From Marine Group II euryarchaeote MED-G38 (GTDB lineage Archaea; Thermoplasmatota; Poseidoniia; Poseidoniales; Thalassarchaeaceae), in assembly GCA_002457145.1 (NCBI GenBank), contig NTJP01000002.1, positions 33,583 to 97,582 on the forward strand: a stretch of 64,000 bases of DNA, in the 5' to 3' direction. Under the pieces are notes generated by a model. The model saw only the letters and a program-made list of their open reading frames with translations, was not told the DNA's origin and made no database searches. The position numbers and the translations under genes were made by a program. Of this stretch, positions 41,199 to 51,464 are shown in pieces. The number at the start of each line of letters is the position of its first letter. The stretch's first letter is position 1.

Positions 41199-42182
41199 AT
41201 GTCCGTTCTGAATATTGCTCTAATTGGTTCTGAAGATTTTGCAAGAAGTTTGGCAAAAAAAAGTGATTCACGAGATATAGAATCTTATGTATTTAAAGAA
41301 GGATATGGCTCTGACGCAAACATACTATCTTTTTTGAGACCACTAAAATATCCAGATAGCATAAGGCCTCTACTATCCGTATTGAATGTTGCTAAGGCTG
41401 GAATCATTGAAATATCAAAATTAGATTCTTCATTAGGGGAAATTCTTGTTTCCTTTGCTTGCTCTGGAATAAAAAATGGAATAGCAATAATTAATCCTGA
41501 AGAAGGTAATTGGATAGATATAGATGAAATAAAAATCTATTTCTCACAACTGAATCTTGATTGGAAAATATATCAATCAATGCCAGAAATACATGAGTTA
41601 AGAGGTCTTTTGTTTGGGATGATGGATAATCATAAATCAAATGAAGAATTATTAATATTACCAATAGATCAACATTTTGTAGTTCAAGGTATAGGACTAG
41701 TGGGGATTGGCTATGTCCAATCTGGTCAAATAAAGAAACACGACACTATAGAAGTAATTTCCTTGGAGGAAAAAGGAATAATTAGAAGTTTACAAGTTAT
41801 GGATGACGATGTTGAAATTGCACATTCAGGAGATAGAGTTGGGCTTGCTATTAGAAATTTACGTGAGGGGGCTTTACATAAAGGCTGTATAATAACCCAT
41901 CCTGACTCCGAGGTAATGGAGAAGCATGATATCTCTTCTTTTAAATTGAATAAAGCACCTTTTCAGAAAAAACAAATTAAAAAAGATGATATCATTCATG
42001 CCTCAACAGACTTACAGTTCACCGTAGGAAGAGTTAGTAATATTGAAGAAGATAACTATCAAGTTCACTGGGAAAGTTCACTTTGGGTTCGTTCAAATCA
42101 AGAAACTGAAGTCATTCTAACACAGCTAGATGCAAAACCTATGAGAATTTTAGGGACAGCAAAAATATTAAAATCCGAGTAA
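41199..42182 (+). CDS. EF-Tu/EF1A-like translational-GTPase-fold protein with degenerate P-loop
   Basis: G1 position reads IALIGSEDFARSL, whereas the canonical motif is GHVDHGKST (P-loop Lys and Ser/Thr absent). Domain-II beta-barrel-like segment VVQGIGLVGIGYVQSGQIKKHDTIEVIS...GDRVGLAIRNL is present. Confidence 0.5.
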   Translation: MSVLNIALIGSEDFARSLAKKSDSRDIESYVFKEGYGSDANILSFLRPLKYPDSIRPLLSVLNVAKAGIIEISKLDSSLGEILVSFACSGIKNGIAIINPEEGNWIDIDEIKIYFSQLNLDWKIYQSMPEIHELRGLLFGMMDNHKSNEELLILPIDQHFVVQGIGLVGIGYVQSGQIKKHDTIEVISLEEKGIIRSLQVMDDDVEIAHSGDRVGLAIRNLREGALHKGCIITHPDSEVMEKHDISSFKLNKAPFQKKQIKKDDIIHASTDLQFTVGRVSNIEEDNYQVHWESSLWVRSNQETEVILTQLDAKPMRILGTAKILKSE

Positions 42183-42265
42183 ATATTTTTCATTCAAAAA
42201 TATGCCTAGTATCTAGTTATGTTTACATTCATTTTATACCATATGTACTATGCTGCGATATTCGG

Positions 42266-43876
42266 ATGTATTCAGCTGGGCTTAATCGCCCAACTGGAGG
42301 AGGGGAGACCGAGTTACTCGGTAATCTTTCTCTTGTTGGGGTAAAAGGGGCATTTTGCGCAATCCTTTCCGATCGTGAATTAACTCTTGAAAGAAGTGAT
42401 GGGAAGGGTTTGAGACTTTCATTGGCCGCTGTAAATAGAACTAGGCATTTAACAATACCACTACTACCTAATGGATTAGTCCCTCTTGGAGTAATTTCAA
42501 TATTACTTGGAATAACGACAATTTCTTTTCCTTATGGCTTGGTCCCAATTTTACTAGGCTTTCTAGCTATTTCTCTAAATATATTTTCACGTCATTCAAT
42601 AATTTCTATTGATACAAATTCTGGAGATAGACATCTAATCGCAGGAAGTGAAGGGTCGTTATTAAGATTAGCAACTATGATATCCAGATTAATACATGGC
42701 AGTACTATGAAAGAAGCCAGAGTAGGACTCGAAAATCTCGAGAAGGAAATGCCACTATTCCCTTCCTTCACATATGCCGGAGGGCAATTCACCAATCATG
42801 ATAAGAATCTATTAACATACAATGATAAGTTATCCGAATCATCATTAAATGTAGGAATAGATACAATTAAAAATTCGAAAGTCTCTAATTTCCAAGATTT
42901 AAAATATGACACAAACCAATTTATTGATGAAAGTATTTTAACACAAAATATCCAAAAAACAGAAATAATCCCCAAAAAATCTGCATATGAAAGTGCTTGG
43001 AATACTCCGCCTCCTCCCTGGTACAAAGAGAAGGAAAAAGTAAGTGAAGATAATTTAAATTTATGCCCTGATAGTAAAAAAAATGAAACTAGAATGGACT
43101 CTGTTTTATCAGAGGCTGCAGGTCATTTGGATATGTTCGGTGGCGGACTAGATATGTTTGAAGAGGGAGGTTTATTTGATCAAGAAGTAAATGAGTATGA
43201 TGAAAATCATATCTCTATTAAAGATACTTTTGATTCTGAACAAAGCAAAATTTCTTCGAATCAAATATCCAGTTCACAAATGATGAAAAAAGCATATGAA
43301 ACTTATGGTCATCCGGTTTCAAATTATAAAGAATCATCTTATTTGCCTCAACCGACTGAGATTGCAGTTAGGGAAGAATGTAAGACTAGTATAGTAAAAG
43401 AAGCGAGAGCAAAACAAGAAATCAGGAACGATGATAATGAGCTAAATTATTCATATGAATCAACTAATCTTGATAGTTATCCATCACTAAAGAGAGCATT
43501 CAAAGGAAATAATAAAAATATCTCTCTAAAAAATAAATCACTAAGTATTTCATCAGTATTAATGAATAAATTACTACGTCCCTCAAATATTCCCTCAAAA
43601 AATAAAAACATAAATCAATCCAAAGATAATAGATTTCAAACCTCTCAATTTCTAAGATTAAGGAGTGATCAAGATCACCAATCAAATATTCAATCTAGAA
43701 CAGTTAGGATAAAGAAAGATAATGAAAACAGTGATGCAATGCAAGTCATAAACTCAATAGTTACCAGAGTTTCTGAAGATAAACCCTCTAGAAGACAACT
43801 TTCCTTCAAACAAATGAGAAAAACATCATCTAGAGTCGAAGGCAATAAATTACCGGGAATAAGAAAATTAGGATAA
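42266..43876 (+). CDS. membrane-anchored low-complexity protein, unknown function
   Basis: N-terminal ~150 aa carry two hydrophobic helices. The remaining ~380 aa are Ser/Asn/Lys/Glu-rich and low in complexity. Confidence 0.4.
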   Translation: MYSAGLNRPTGGGETELLGNLSLVGVKGAFCAILSDRELTLERSDGKGLRLSLAAVNRTRHLTIPLLPNGLVPLGVISILLGITTISFPYGLVPILLGFLAISLNIFSRHSIISIDTNSGDRHLIAGSEGSLLRLATMISRLIHGSTMKEARVGLENLEKEMPLFPSFTYAGGQFTNHDKNLLTYNDKLSESSLNVGIDTIKNSKVSNFQDLKYDTNQFIDESILTQNIQKTEIIPKKSAYESAWNTPPPPWYKEKEKVSEDNLNLCPDSKKNETRMDSVLSEAAGHLDMFGGGLDMFEEGGLFDQEVNEYDENHISIKDTFDSEQSKISSNQISSSQMMKKAYETYGHPVSNYKESSYLPQPTEIAVREECKTSIVKEARAKQEIRNDDNELNYSYESTNLDSYPSLKRAFKGNNKNISLKNKSLSISSVLMNKLLRPSNIPSKNKNINQSKDNRFQTSQFLRLRSDQDHQSNIQSRTVRIKKDNENSDAMQVINSIVTRVSEDKPSRRQLSFKQMRKTSSRVEGNKLPGIRKLG

Positions 43877-44824
43877 TCCAACAATCCTTCTATATTTATC
43901 TACTCTAGCATGATATTTTCCTTTTTGTAAATTTATTAAATTAATGGAACCCAATCCACCTATTATGAATGAAGAAGTAACTGTAGCATGAACTAATGCA
44001 TTTCTCATTATTTCAATATCTTCCATAGCACCGACACACCCCACAATATTTGCCAAAAAAGTCCCTGCAAATGAATCTCCACATCCAGTTGGATCAATTA
44101 CTTCCTTAGTAGGATATGAAGGGAGAGATATTGTACCACATGGGAGATAGGCTAATACTCCGCCACTCCCTCTTTTTATTATTAAACTTCTAGGACCTTT
44201 TCCTGCAGACTTTCCTCCATTCAAAACCTCTCCAGAAATTATTTTTTCCGCAGCTTTTGTTACAATATTCTCACCTGATATAGCGCAAACTTCCTCTTCA
44301 TTAAGTATGGCTATATCTACTCTCCTTAGGGCCTCGGATAAAGCCTCAAACTCAGTATCAATCCACAGCATAAATGTATCTAAAACTGATATGTTAGGAT
44401 TACACTCTCTGAGTATTTTTAGTTGAGATAAAGGATGCATATTCGCACAAAATAAAATATCTATATCATTCCAAAAATCAGGTATTTTTGGTTTAAAATC
44501 TCCTAAAACATTAATTTCTGTAGAAATCGTTTGGGCGTCATTCATTGTACCTTCATATTTTCCTGACCATCTGAAAGTTTTCCCAGACAGTTTTGATATT
44601 CCTTCTGTATTTATCCCCTTATCATTTAATAATTGTAAATCACTTTCTCGAAAATCCTTTCCAATTGGTCCAATTGCCCCTACTCTGGGCAACATCCCTG
44701 GCATCAATGGAAGGTGAAAAGCCGCAGAAATAGAAGAATGAATGGCAGAACCTCCTAATATATCCGCTCCGTAAGATGTAGGAGTTTGAATATGATCATA
44801 TCCCATACTACCCACTATTACCAA
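43868..44824 (-). CDS. PfkB-family carbohydrate/nucleoside kinase
   Basis: C-terminal DPTGCGDSFAGTF anion-hole motif. GG dipeptide region near the N-terminus. Confidence 0.8.
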   Translation of the reverse strand: MVIVGSMGYDHIQTPTSYGADILGGSAIHSSISAAFHLPLMPGMLPRVGAIGPIGKDFRESDLQLLNDKGINTEGISKLSGKTFRWSGKYEGTMNDAQTISTEINVLGDFKPKIPDFWNDIDILFCANMHPLSQLKILRECNPNISVLDTFMLWIDTEFEALSEALRRVDIAILNEEEVCAISGENIVTKAAEKIISGEVLNGGKSAGKGPRSLIIKRGSGGVLAYLPCGTISLPSYPTKEVIDPTGCGDSFAGTFLANIVGCVGAMEDIEIMRNALVHATVTSSFIIGGLGSINLINLQKGKYHARVDKYRRIVGLS

Positions 44825-44826
44825 AT

Positions 44827-46176
44827 CTATTCCAAACCCTCCTTCATTAATTTAGGATGTTCTTCAAGATATTTAATAGTTATTTGCCTGTCATTAAAAT
44901 CTTCTTCATTTAATATTTTTTTATGAAGTGGAATTAGAGTATCTACGCCTGTTAAAATTATCTCATCTATTGTAGAAGACATTTTCCTTATTGCTTGCTT
45001 TCTCGTTGGTGCCCAAACGATAACTTTGGCCAAGAGAGAATCAAATGACGCAGGTACATCATAGCCAGTGTGTACATGCGAATCTATTCTCACTCCATTA
45101 CCTCCTGGCCAAATACATTCCCATATCCTGCCAGGTGAAGGCTCTAGGGTGAATGAATTTTCGGCATTTATACGTATTTCAATTGCGTGACCTGTTATTT
45201 TAATTTCATCCTGTGAAATATTAATTTCTTCACCAGAAGCCACTTTAATTCCTAATGATACCAAATCCTGTCCAACTATCATTTCCGTAACTGTATGTTC
45301 TACTTGTACTCTTGGATTAACCTCTAAGAAGTAAAAATTATCTTTCTCATCTCTTAAGAATTCGAAGGTAGCGAGTCCTTCATAACCGACTAATTTAGCT
45401 CCTTTAACTACTATTTCTCCCATTTTACTCCTGACCTCATCGTCAAGCCATGGGCCCTCTTCTAGTATTTTTTGATGCCTCCTTTGTATTGAACAAAATC
45501 GTTCGCCGAAGTGAATCGCATTTTTTCCATCACTTAACACTTGAAACTCAATATGTTGTGCACCTTCAATGAATTTCTCTATGAATACTCTATCGTCACC
45601 AAATGCCGATAAGGCCCTTCCTTGACATAAATTTAGAGCACTTTCAAAATTATCTTTACTATTTACAATTTGCATTCCTATGCCTCCTCCTCCTGCTGCG
45701 GCTTTGATTATAACAGGAAAACCAATCTGTCTTGCTATTTCCTCGGCTTCTTTAACGTTAGAAATTGGACTATCTGAGCCCTTCGCCACGGGCAGTCCTG
45801 CCTCAGCCATAATTTTTCTTGCAGAAATCTTATCTCCTAAGATTTTTAATACTTTAGAACTGGGGCCAATGAACTTGATTCCTTCTTCAGTTAACCTTCT
45901 AGCAAATGTAGGATTCTCTGCTAGAAAACCGTACCCCGGGTGTACAGCATCGGCTCCAAATTCTTTGGCTGATTTTACAATTGCTTCTATATCCAAATAT
46001 GTCGCCAATGGATCATCCCGAGGAATATATATTCCTTCATCTGCTAATCTAACTGGTAATGATAAACGATCTTCCTTCCCATAAATAATAGCAACCTTGA
46101 TGCCGAGAGAACGAAGTGACCTCATTATTCTTAGCGCAATTTCGCCTCTATTAGCAATTAGCACACGTCGAAACAT
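44827..46176 (-). CDS. accC: biotin carboxylase (acyl-CoA carboxylase alpha, BC domain only)
   Basis: MFRRVLIANRGEIALRIMRS N-terminus and ATP-grasp blocks. 449 aa with no C-terminal biotinyl (BCCP) domain. Confidence 0.9.
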   Translation of the reverse strand: MFRRVLIANRGEIALRIMRSLRSLGIKVAIIYGKEDRLSLPVRLADEGIYIPRDDPLATYLDIEAIVKSAKEFGADAVHPGYGFLAENPTFARRLTEEGIKFIGPSSKVLKILGDKISARKIMAEAGLPVAKGSDSPISNVKEAEEIARQIGFPVIIKAAAGGGGIGMQIVNSKDNFESALNLCQGRALSAFGDDRVFIEKFIEGAQHIEFQVLSDGKNAIHFGERFCSIQRRHQKILEEGPWLDDEVRSKMGEIVVKGAKLVGYEGLATFEFLRDEKDNFYFLEVNPRVQVEHTVTEMIVGQDLVSLGIKVASGEEINISQDEIKITGHAIEIRINAENSFTLEPSPGRIWECIWPGGNGVRIDSHVHTGYDVPASFDSLLAKVIVWAPTRKQAIRKMSSTIDEIILTGVDTLIPLHKKILNEEDFNDRQITIKYLEEHPKLMKEGLE

Positions 46177-46220
46177 TACACAACCTTTATTTTTTCCAAT
46201 GGAAGACAGTCCTTAAAAAT

Positions 46221-47498
46221 TCAGTATACATCTCTGAGATATCTTTTTTCAGTTTTCATCATTTTAGTCTCTACAAATTCAGTAGCCATTTCAATATTCA
46301 TATTACCATGTTCAGAACATATTTTAATCAATGTCTTATGTACATCTTTTGCCATCCTTGATTTATCCCCACAAACATAGAAGTAAGCTCCATTATCTAT
46401 CCATTCCCATATTTTTTCTCCATTTTTTTCCATTAAATGTTGGACATATACTTTTTCAGAACCAGTTCGTGACCATGCTAAATCATGTTTATTCAAAATC
46501 CCCTTCTTTTTCCAGTCTTCCATTTCTTCCTTGTAGTAATATTCATCTTCAGTCCAATCACCAAAAAACAACCAATTTTTTCCGGTTGCATCATCAATTT
46601 CTCTTTGCTCCAAGAATGCTCTAAAAGGGGCGATACCTGTGCCCGGCCCGACCATTATGATATCTTTTGTTTTATCTTCAGGCAATACAAAAGATCTGGT
46701 TGGCGACATAAATATGCCAATATCTGTATCTTTTACATCACACATATCTGATAAAAATCCAGTACACAAACCAGCTTTATTTCTGCCATGATGGGAATAT
46801 CTTACTATTCCTACAGTAAGGTGAACAGTTCCTGGTTCAAATTCTGGACTACTTGCAATTGAATAAAGTCTTGGTTTTAATCTATCCATACCTTCAATTA
46901 ATTGTTGTGCATTTAAGTTTATATTTCCAAAATCTGCATATGCATCAATATAATCTCTTGACCACATATAATCCTCCATTGATTCAGAATCAGATGATAA
47001 TTCTTTCCATAATGCTAAACTGGGGTCAGAGACTGAACCAATTTCTTCATATCCTTTTGGTATATCATTATCTATCCCAGTACCTTTCCAGTCTAACATC
47101 AATTCTCCGGTATCTTCCGATATTCTTTTCCTCTTAATTATCTTAATTTCAACTTCTTCTGTTCCGCTATCTAGATATTCGCCCAATTTCATAATCCATT
47201 TTTTTGATATTCTATGAACTTCGTAACGGCTTGTCAAGGCTTCTTTCAAGCTACATTCACCTAGATGTGTCTCTACTTTTTCATCACCTGAAAAATTGTA
47301 CAAAGTCAAAATATCTTCAACTAAATTAGGATGACAAAGAGGTATTACTCCTAACGCATCACCTGCCTTGTATTCTAAACCGGAATCTCCTAAATCAAAG
47401 ACAATATGTCTAGTTTCTTTTCCTGAACCCTCTCGATTTAAAATAAAATTCTGTGTTAAATTTGATGAATAAGGTTTTTTTGCACTCCAATCAGACAT
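46221..47498 (-). CDS. FAD/NADPH-binding oxidoreductase of the CysJ / cytochrome P450 reductase family (no flavodoxin domain)
   Basis: RLYSIASSP (FAD), GLCTGFL, MVGPGTGIAPFRAFL (NADPH), YVCGD, and C-terminal RYLRDVY. Confidence 0.8.
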   Translation of the reverse strand: MSDWSAKKPYSSNLTQNFILNREGSGKETRHIVFDLGDSGLEYKAGDALGVIPLCHPNLVEDILTLYNFSGDEKVETHLGECSLKEALTSRYEVHRISKKWIMKLGEYLDSGTEEVEIKIIKRKRISEDTGELMLDWKGTGIDNDIPKGYEEIGSVSDPSLALWKELSSDSESMEDYMWSRDYIDAYADFGNINLNAQQLIEGMDRLKPRLYSIASSPEFEPGTVHLTVGIVRYSHHGRNKAGLCTGFLSDMCDVKDTDIGIFMSPTRSFVLPEDKTKDIIMVGPGTGIAPFRAFLEQREIDDATGKNWLFFGDWTEDEYYYKEEMEDWKKKGILNKHDLAWSRTGSEKVYVQHLMEKNGEKIWEWIDNGAYFYVCGDKSRMAKDVHKTLIKICSEHGNMNIEMATEFVETKMMKTEKRYLRDVY

Positions 47499-47608
47499 GT
47501 TACCAACTCAGTATGTATTGACGGAAAGAACCTTGCTTATGAATAAATGCTGAACCAAATCTGTCTAAGCAGTATATCTATCAAGGCAACCCTTCTCGAG
47601 GTATTGTA

Positions 47609-48409
47609 ATGACGGAAGTATTATTCCTAGGCACAGGTAATGCCTTTTCACCTCCAGGTAGGCTCCATGCTCTAGCTTTACTCGATAGAAAAGTTTTGAT
47701 CGATGCCCCTCCAACTTTACTTACTCAGTTAAGAAAATATTCTATACACCCCTCAGAAATAAATCATTTATTGTTCACGCACTGGCATGCCGATCATATG
47801 TTTGGATTTCCATTTTTAATGCTAGAAAGAGAATGGATGCCCTATAATTCTGGAGACAAAAAACCTCTAAATGTTTATTCTAGAAATGGAGGAAAAGAAA
47901 TATTATCACATCTTTGTAAAATAGGATTTCCAGGTAGTCTTGAGACTTCATTAAATAATGGAGTCATTTGGAATAATGAAAAAGAAAATATGCTAAAAGG
48001 AACGGATTGGAAATTTTACAGGTTCCCTGTATCTCATACTCCTGAAACGGACCCCCATGGCTATGAATTGATACATTCAACAGGATTCACGATACTCCAT
48101 TGCGGAGACTCTGGACCATGTCATACAATAGAAGAAAGGGCAGTTAATGCCAATGTAGTGATATTAGAAATGGGTGTTCCAGATTTTGTCTCTAGTCCAA
48201 ACCATCATAACCCATCTGATGTTATTGAATTTTCAAAAAGACATCCCAAAGTAAAAGTTCTAGTTACTCATAATTTTTCTCATTCCTCGGGTAACTCTGG
48301 AGGTTTTGAAATACCAAATCTACCAGATGATATTCACCAATTAGAAGATGGAGATATATTGAAAATTATTGATAAGAAAAAATTTAAAATAAATAGAATA
48401 ACCAAATAA
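47609..48409 (+). CDS. metallo-beta-lactamase-fold hydrolase
   Basis: HWHADHMFG (HxHxDH), and LFLGTGNAFS at the N-terminus. Confidence 0.65.
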   Translation: MTEVLFLGTGNAFSPPGRLHALALLDRKVLIDAPPTLLTQLRKYSIHPSEINHLLFTHWHADHMFGFPFLMLEREWMPYNSGDKKPLNVYSRNGGKEILSHLCKIGFPGSLETSLNNGVIWNNEKENMLKGTDWKFYRFPVSHTPETDPHGYELIHSTGFTILHCGDSGPCHTIEERAVNANVVILEMGVPDFVSSPNHHNPSDVIEFSKRHPKVKVLVTHNFSHSSGNSGGFEIPNLPDDIHQLEDGDILKIIDKKKFKINRITK

Positions 48410-48579
48410 TTTATAGAAATTTTATCTTAATTAAACTATCAAAAATAAAATCTTTTCTTTGAGTCTTAAGACACCCTTATTATCTTTGACTTATTCGCCG
48501 AAAGATATATGCTAGTGCGCCTTTAACTCGTAGGTTAAATTAGTGCTTTAGTATGTATTATTTTGGGTGTTGTTTGATA

Positions 48580-49818
48580 ATGGACGGGAATATTTTTGAG
48601 AAAATTCTTGGCCAACAAAGTTTATTCATGAATAGAAAAATATTTGATCATGGTTTTGAACCATCCCGACTCCCTCACAGGGAAAATGAAATCAATTCTT
48701 TAGTCAAAAACCTTGTTGATGCACTAAATGGCCACATACCTTCAAACATGCTACTCTATGGAGTTCCTGGAGCAGGCAAAACAGTTGTTACTAGATATGT
48801 ACTGAGACAGTTGAGAGAAAAAGGTAACGAACTCAATAAAAAGGTACAAGCCTATGAGATAAACTGTAGAAGTGTCGATACCAAATATCGTGTCGTACAG
48901 TATCTTGCTTCAGAACTTCATGAAAGAGGTGATGTCGTTGTTCCCTTCACTGGTTGGCCTACAGACCGTGTTTTAGAAACTTTAGTCAGTAGAATGGATA
49001 GAATTGGAGGGGTCCATATTATAGTACTTGATGAGATAGATAACTTAGTTTCAAGAGCAGGAGATGGCCTACTTTATAATTTAACGAATCTAAATACTAG
49101 ATTATCAAATTCCAGATGTTGTATAATAGGAATCAGTAATGATTTGAATTTCACACAACAATTAGATCCTAGAGTAATGTCTAGACTCAGTCAAGAAGAT
49201 ATTGTATTCCATCCTTATGGTGCTTCAGAAATAGAGAATATTTTATTAAAAAGGGTTGAAGATGGCCTAAAACAAGGAATCTTACAAGAAGGAGTAGTTA
49301 GCCTTTGTGCAGCTTTAGCAGCACAGGAACATGGAGATGCCAGGAGGGCACTTGATTTACTGAGAATTTCAGTTCAAAAAGCAGAACAAAATTCACAAGA
49401 AAAAGTAGAAACTAGACATGTCAAGATAGCCCAAAGTCAGTTGGAATATGATCAAGTTACTCCGGTCCTGAAAACTCTACCATTACATCAGAAACTAGTC
49501 TTGTTGTCTATATGCCTAAATGAAGATAATGGACTAAAAAATATCTCAACAGGAGATATTTATCGAACATATGCTGATGCTTGTATTATGATTCATGTTG
49601 AACCTTTGACTACTCGTAGGGTCTCTTCTTTACTAAATGAATTAGATACTTTGGGCCTTATTATTGCTAGAAATGTTAGTAAAGGAAGAGGAGGGAGAAG
49701 TAAACAAGTAAATTTAACAACTCCTAAAGCAGTAGATTGTATTTCCTTAATGAGTGAAAATGAACCACTGATAGAAGAAGCTGCTCTTGGCAAATATAAG
49801 CTTCAATCAAAACTATAG
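48580..49818 (+). CDS. cdc6: Orc1/Cdc6 replication initiator
   Basis: Walker A YGVPGAGKTVVTRYV, Walker B IIVLDEID, sensor region, C-terminal winged helix. Start is taken at the second Met of the ORF (MDGNIF...). Confidence 0.9.
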   Translation: MDGNIFEKILGQQSLFMNRKIFDHGFEPSRLPHRENEINSLVKNLVDALNGHIPSNMLLYGVPGAGKTVVTRYVLRQLREKGNELNKKVQAYEINCRSVDTKYRVVQYLASELHERGDVVVPFTGWPTDRVLETLVSRMDRIGGVHIIVLDEIDNLVSRAGDGLLYNLTNLNTRLSNSRCCIIGISNDLNFTQQLDPRVMSRLSQEDIVFHPYGASEIENILLKRVEDGLKQGILQEGVVSLCAALAAQEHGDARRALDLLRISVQKAEQNSQEKVETRHVKIAQSQLEYDQVTPVLKTLPLHQKLVLLSICLNEDNGLKNISTGDIYRTYADACIMIHVEPLTTRRVSSLLNELDTLGLIIARNVSKGRGGRSKQVNLTTPKAVDCISLMSENEPLIEEAALGKYKLQSKL

Positions 49819-49872
49819 TAGTTTGTTTCTCCTCGATAATCATTATACCAAAAGGGCAATTCGAGGTAATTA

Positions 49873-50394
49873 ATGAGTGACGATGCGCTTGAATGGAAGG
49901 CCTCCTTATCCAGGCCAAGTATGACTCTTTCTAGAATCTCAGTTTTACTAGGAATGTGGGCTTTAACTCTGAGTGTAGTCAATTTAACAATCGGGGCTTA
50001 TTCTGGAAAAAAAGCTCTTTGGTCTGGATTTTTATTATCTGGAGACTCAAATACTAATTCCTCAGATTTAGTCATTGATGATGTATTATTCTTGATATTT
50101 GGTCTTTCTCTTTGCTACTTAGGAATAATGGGAATACGTAAATCACTAGGTGAAAACGATGGAATATTAGATTCAATGTTAACAGATATATCTTCTTTTG
50201 CAGGTAACTTATTTTCGGTAGACAATACTTTAATGAGATTAATAGGCTCATGGTTAATTGTAATCGGGCTTGTATTCTATCTTCTATGGAGTATTTTTAA
50301 TGAAACATGGGTAGATCCTGGCGTTTATTCGGTAATGATATCGTTAGTTTCTTTCGGATATGGAATTCTAATCTTTTTAGATTCAGAATCTTAA
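49873..50394 (+). CDS. small membrane protein (4 TM helices)
   Basis: 173 aa, hydrophobic. Confidence 0.45.
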   Translation: MSDDALEWKASLSRPSMTLSRISVLLGMWALTLSVVNLTIGAYSGKKALWSGFLLSGDSNTNSSDLVIDDVLFLIFGLSLCYLGIMGIRKSLGENDGILDSMLTDISSFAGNLFSVDNTLMRLIGSWLIVIGLVFYLLWSIFNETWVDPGVYSVMISLVSFGYGILIFLDSES

Positions 50395-50397
50395 TAT

Positions 50398-51435
50398 TCA
50401 ACAAAATTCAAAACTAGATAATATATCCCTACATCTCTTTTTTGTATCTTCTTTTGTTATTCTTACTACTACTCCTTTTCCTGGTTGCCCATATACGACT
50501 ATAGTCCCGAGAGGAGCAATTAAATGAATCATTAATGGTGCCAAATCTTCCTCACCATCAACGATAATCAAACTAGTTGATTTATTTCGAATCCACTCTT
50601 CTAATGACTTTTTACAAGTTTCAAATAATGATTTAGTCAACTCTCCCGCTGGATTGTAACATGTAAAATTATTATTATATTTTTTCGAATCAATATTTTC
50701 AGATTGTGCCCATCTTTCTCTTTTAGTTTTACCATCTATCCAGGCAATATCTGCACTACAACCTAAATTTTCCAAAGTTAACGTTGTTACGTCTCCTACA
50801 GAAATCAATGGAACATCCTCTTTTAGATATTTTTCAATCATAATTTTCATAGCATATTCATAATCTTTATCTTTCCCTTCTATCAATTCCCCAAATGGTT
50901 GTTTAAGCATTATTTCAGCTTCTTTTGTCATAATAAGTTTTTTAGAAATTACATCATTATTCTTTTTTTCAAAATAGGAAGATGTCCATATTTGACCTTC
51001 TCTGTTAATCTCGCCATTTCTTATTCTGGTGCTTGAAATGGGAAAGCCATCCCATGCATTTTCATGGTCAATTTTGATAATTTCTAAAATTTTTAAATTA
51101 TTATTTTCTCTCATCTCATTAATTTCTAAACACATATCATAAGTTTCTAAAGTACATATTATGGCATTCGCTTTAGGATGATTTGGTGCAGGCCCATAAT
51201 TATCTTCTAATATTCCAAATTCAATCCTATTCATCAACTCTTTACCTAAACTATTGATTATCTCATTTTTACGACTTTCCCAACTCATTACCATAGTATT
51301 ATTTTTCCTGGCAATTTCATCAGAAATAATCCATATCTCAATTTTTTTACATTTTTCTAATGCACCATTTATTAATTTCTTATGCCCGGTATGAAATCTA
51401 TCAAAAGTACCTCCTATAAGCCCCAAATTATGCAT
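50398..51435 (-). CDS. coaD: phosphopantetheine adenylyltransferase (archaeal CoaD) fused to a C-terminal DUF359-like domain (candidate GTP-dependent dephospho-CoA kinase)
   Basis: N-terminus GLIGGTFDRFHTGHKKLI is the nucleotidyltransferase (H/T)xGH motif. The C-terminal ~170 aa carry SVGDVTT and IVDGEEDLA blocks that I recall as characteristic of the archaeal DUF359 family. That domain assignment is from memory. Confidence 0.55.
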   Translation of the reverse strand: MHNLGLIGGTFDRFHTGHKKLINGALEKCKKIEIWIISDEIARKNNTMVMSWESRKNEIINSLGKELMNRIEFGILEDNYGPAPNHPKANAIICTLETYDMCLEINEMRENNNLKILEIIKIDHENAWDGFPISSTRIRNGEINREGQIWTSSYFEKKNNDVISKKLIMTKEAEIMLKQPFGELIEGKDKDYEYAMKIMIEKYLKEDVPLISVGDVTTLTLENLGCSADIAWIDGKTKRERWAQSENIDSKKYNNNFTCYNPAGELTKSLFETCKKSLEEWIRNKSTSLIIVDGEEDLAPLMIHLIAPLGTIVVYGQPGKGVVVRITKEDTKKRCRDILSSFEFC

Positions 51436-51464
51436 TTAAATCACTACAGATGCTTCATTATATT

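Noticed and set aside
48410-48579. Replication origin immediately upstream of cdc6
   Set aside because: Only 170 bp, and no ORB or mini-ORB repeats are visible. It cannot be supported from sequence alone.
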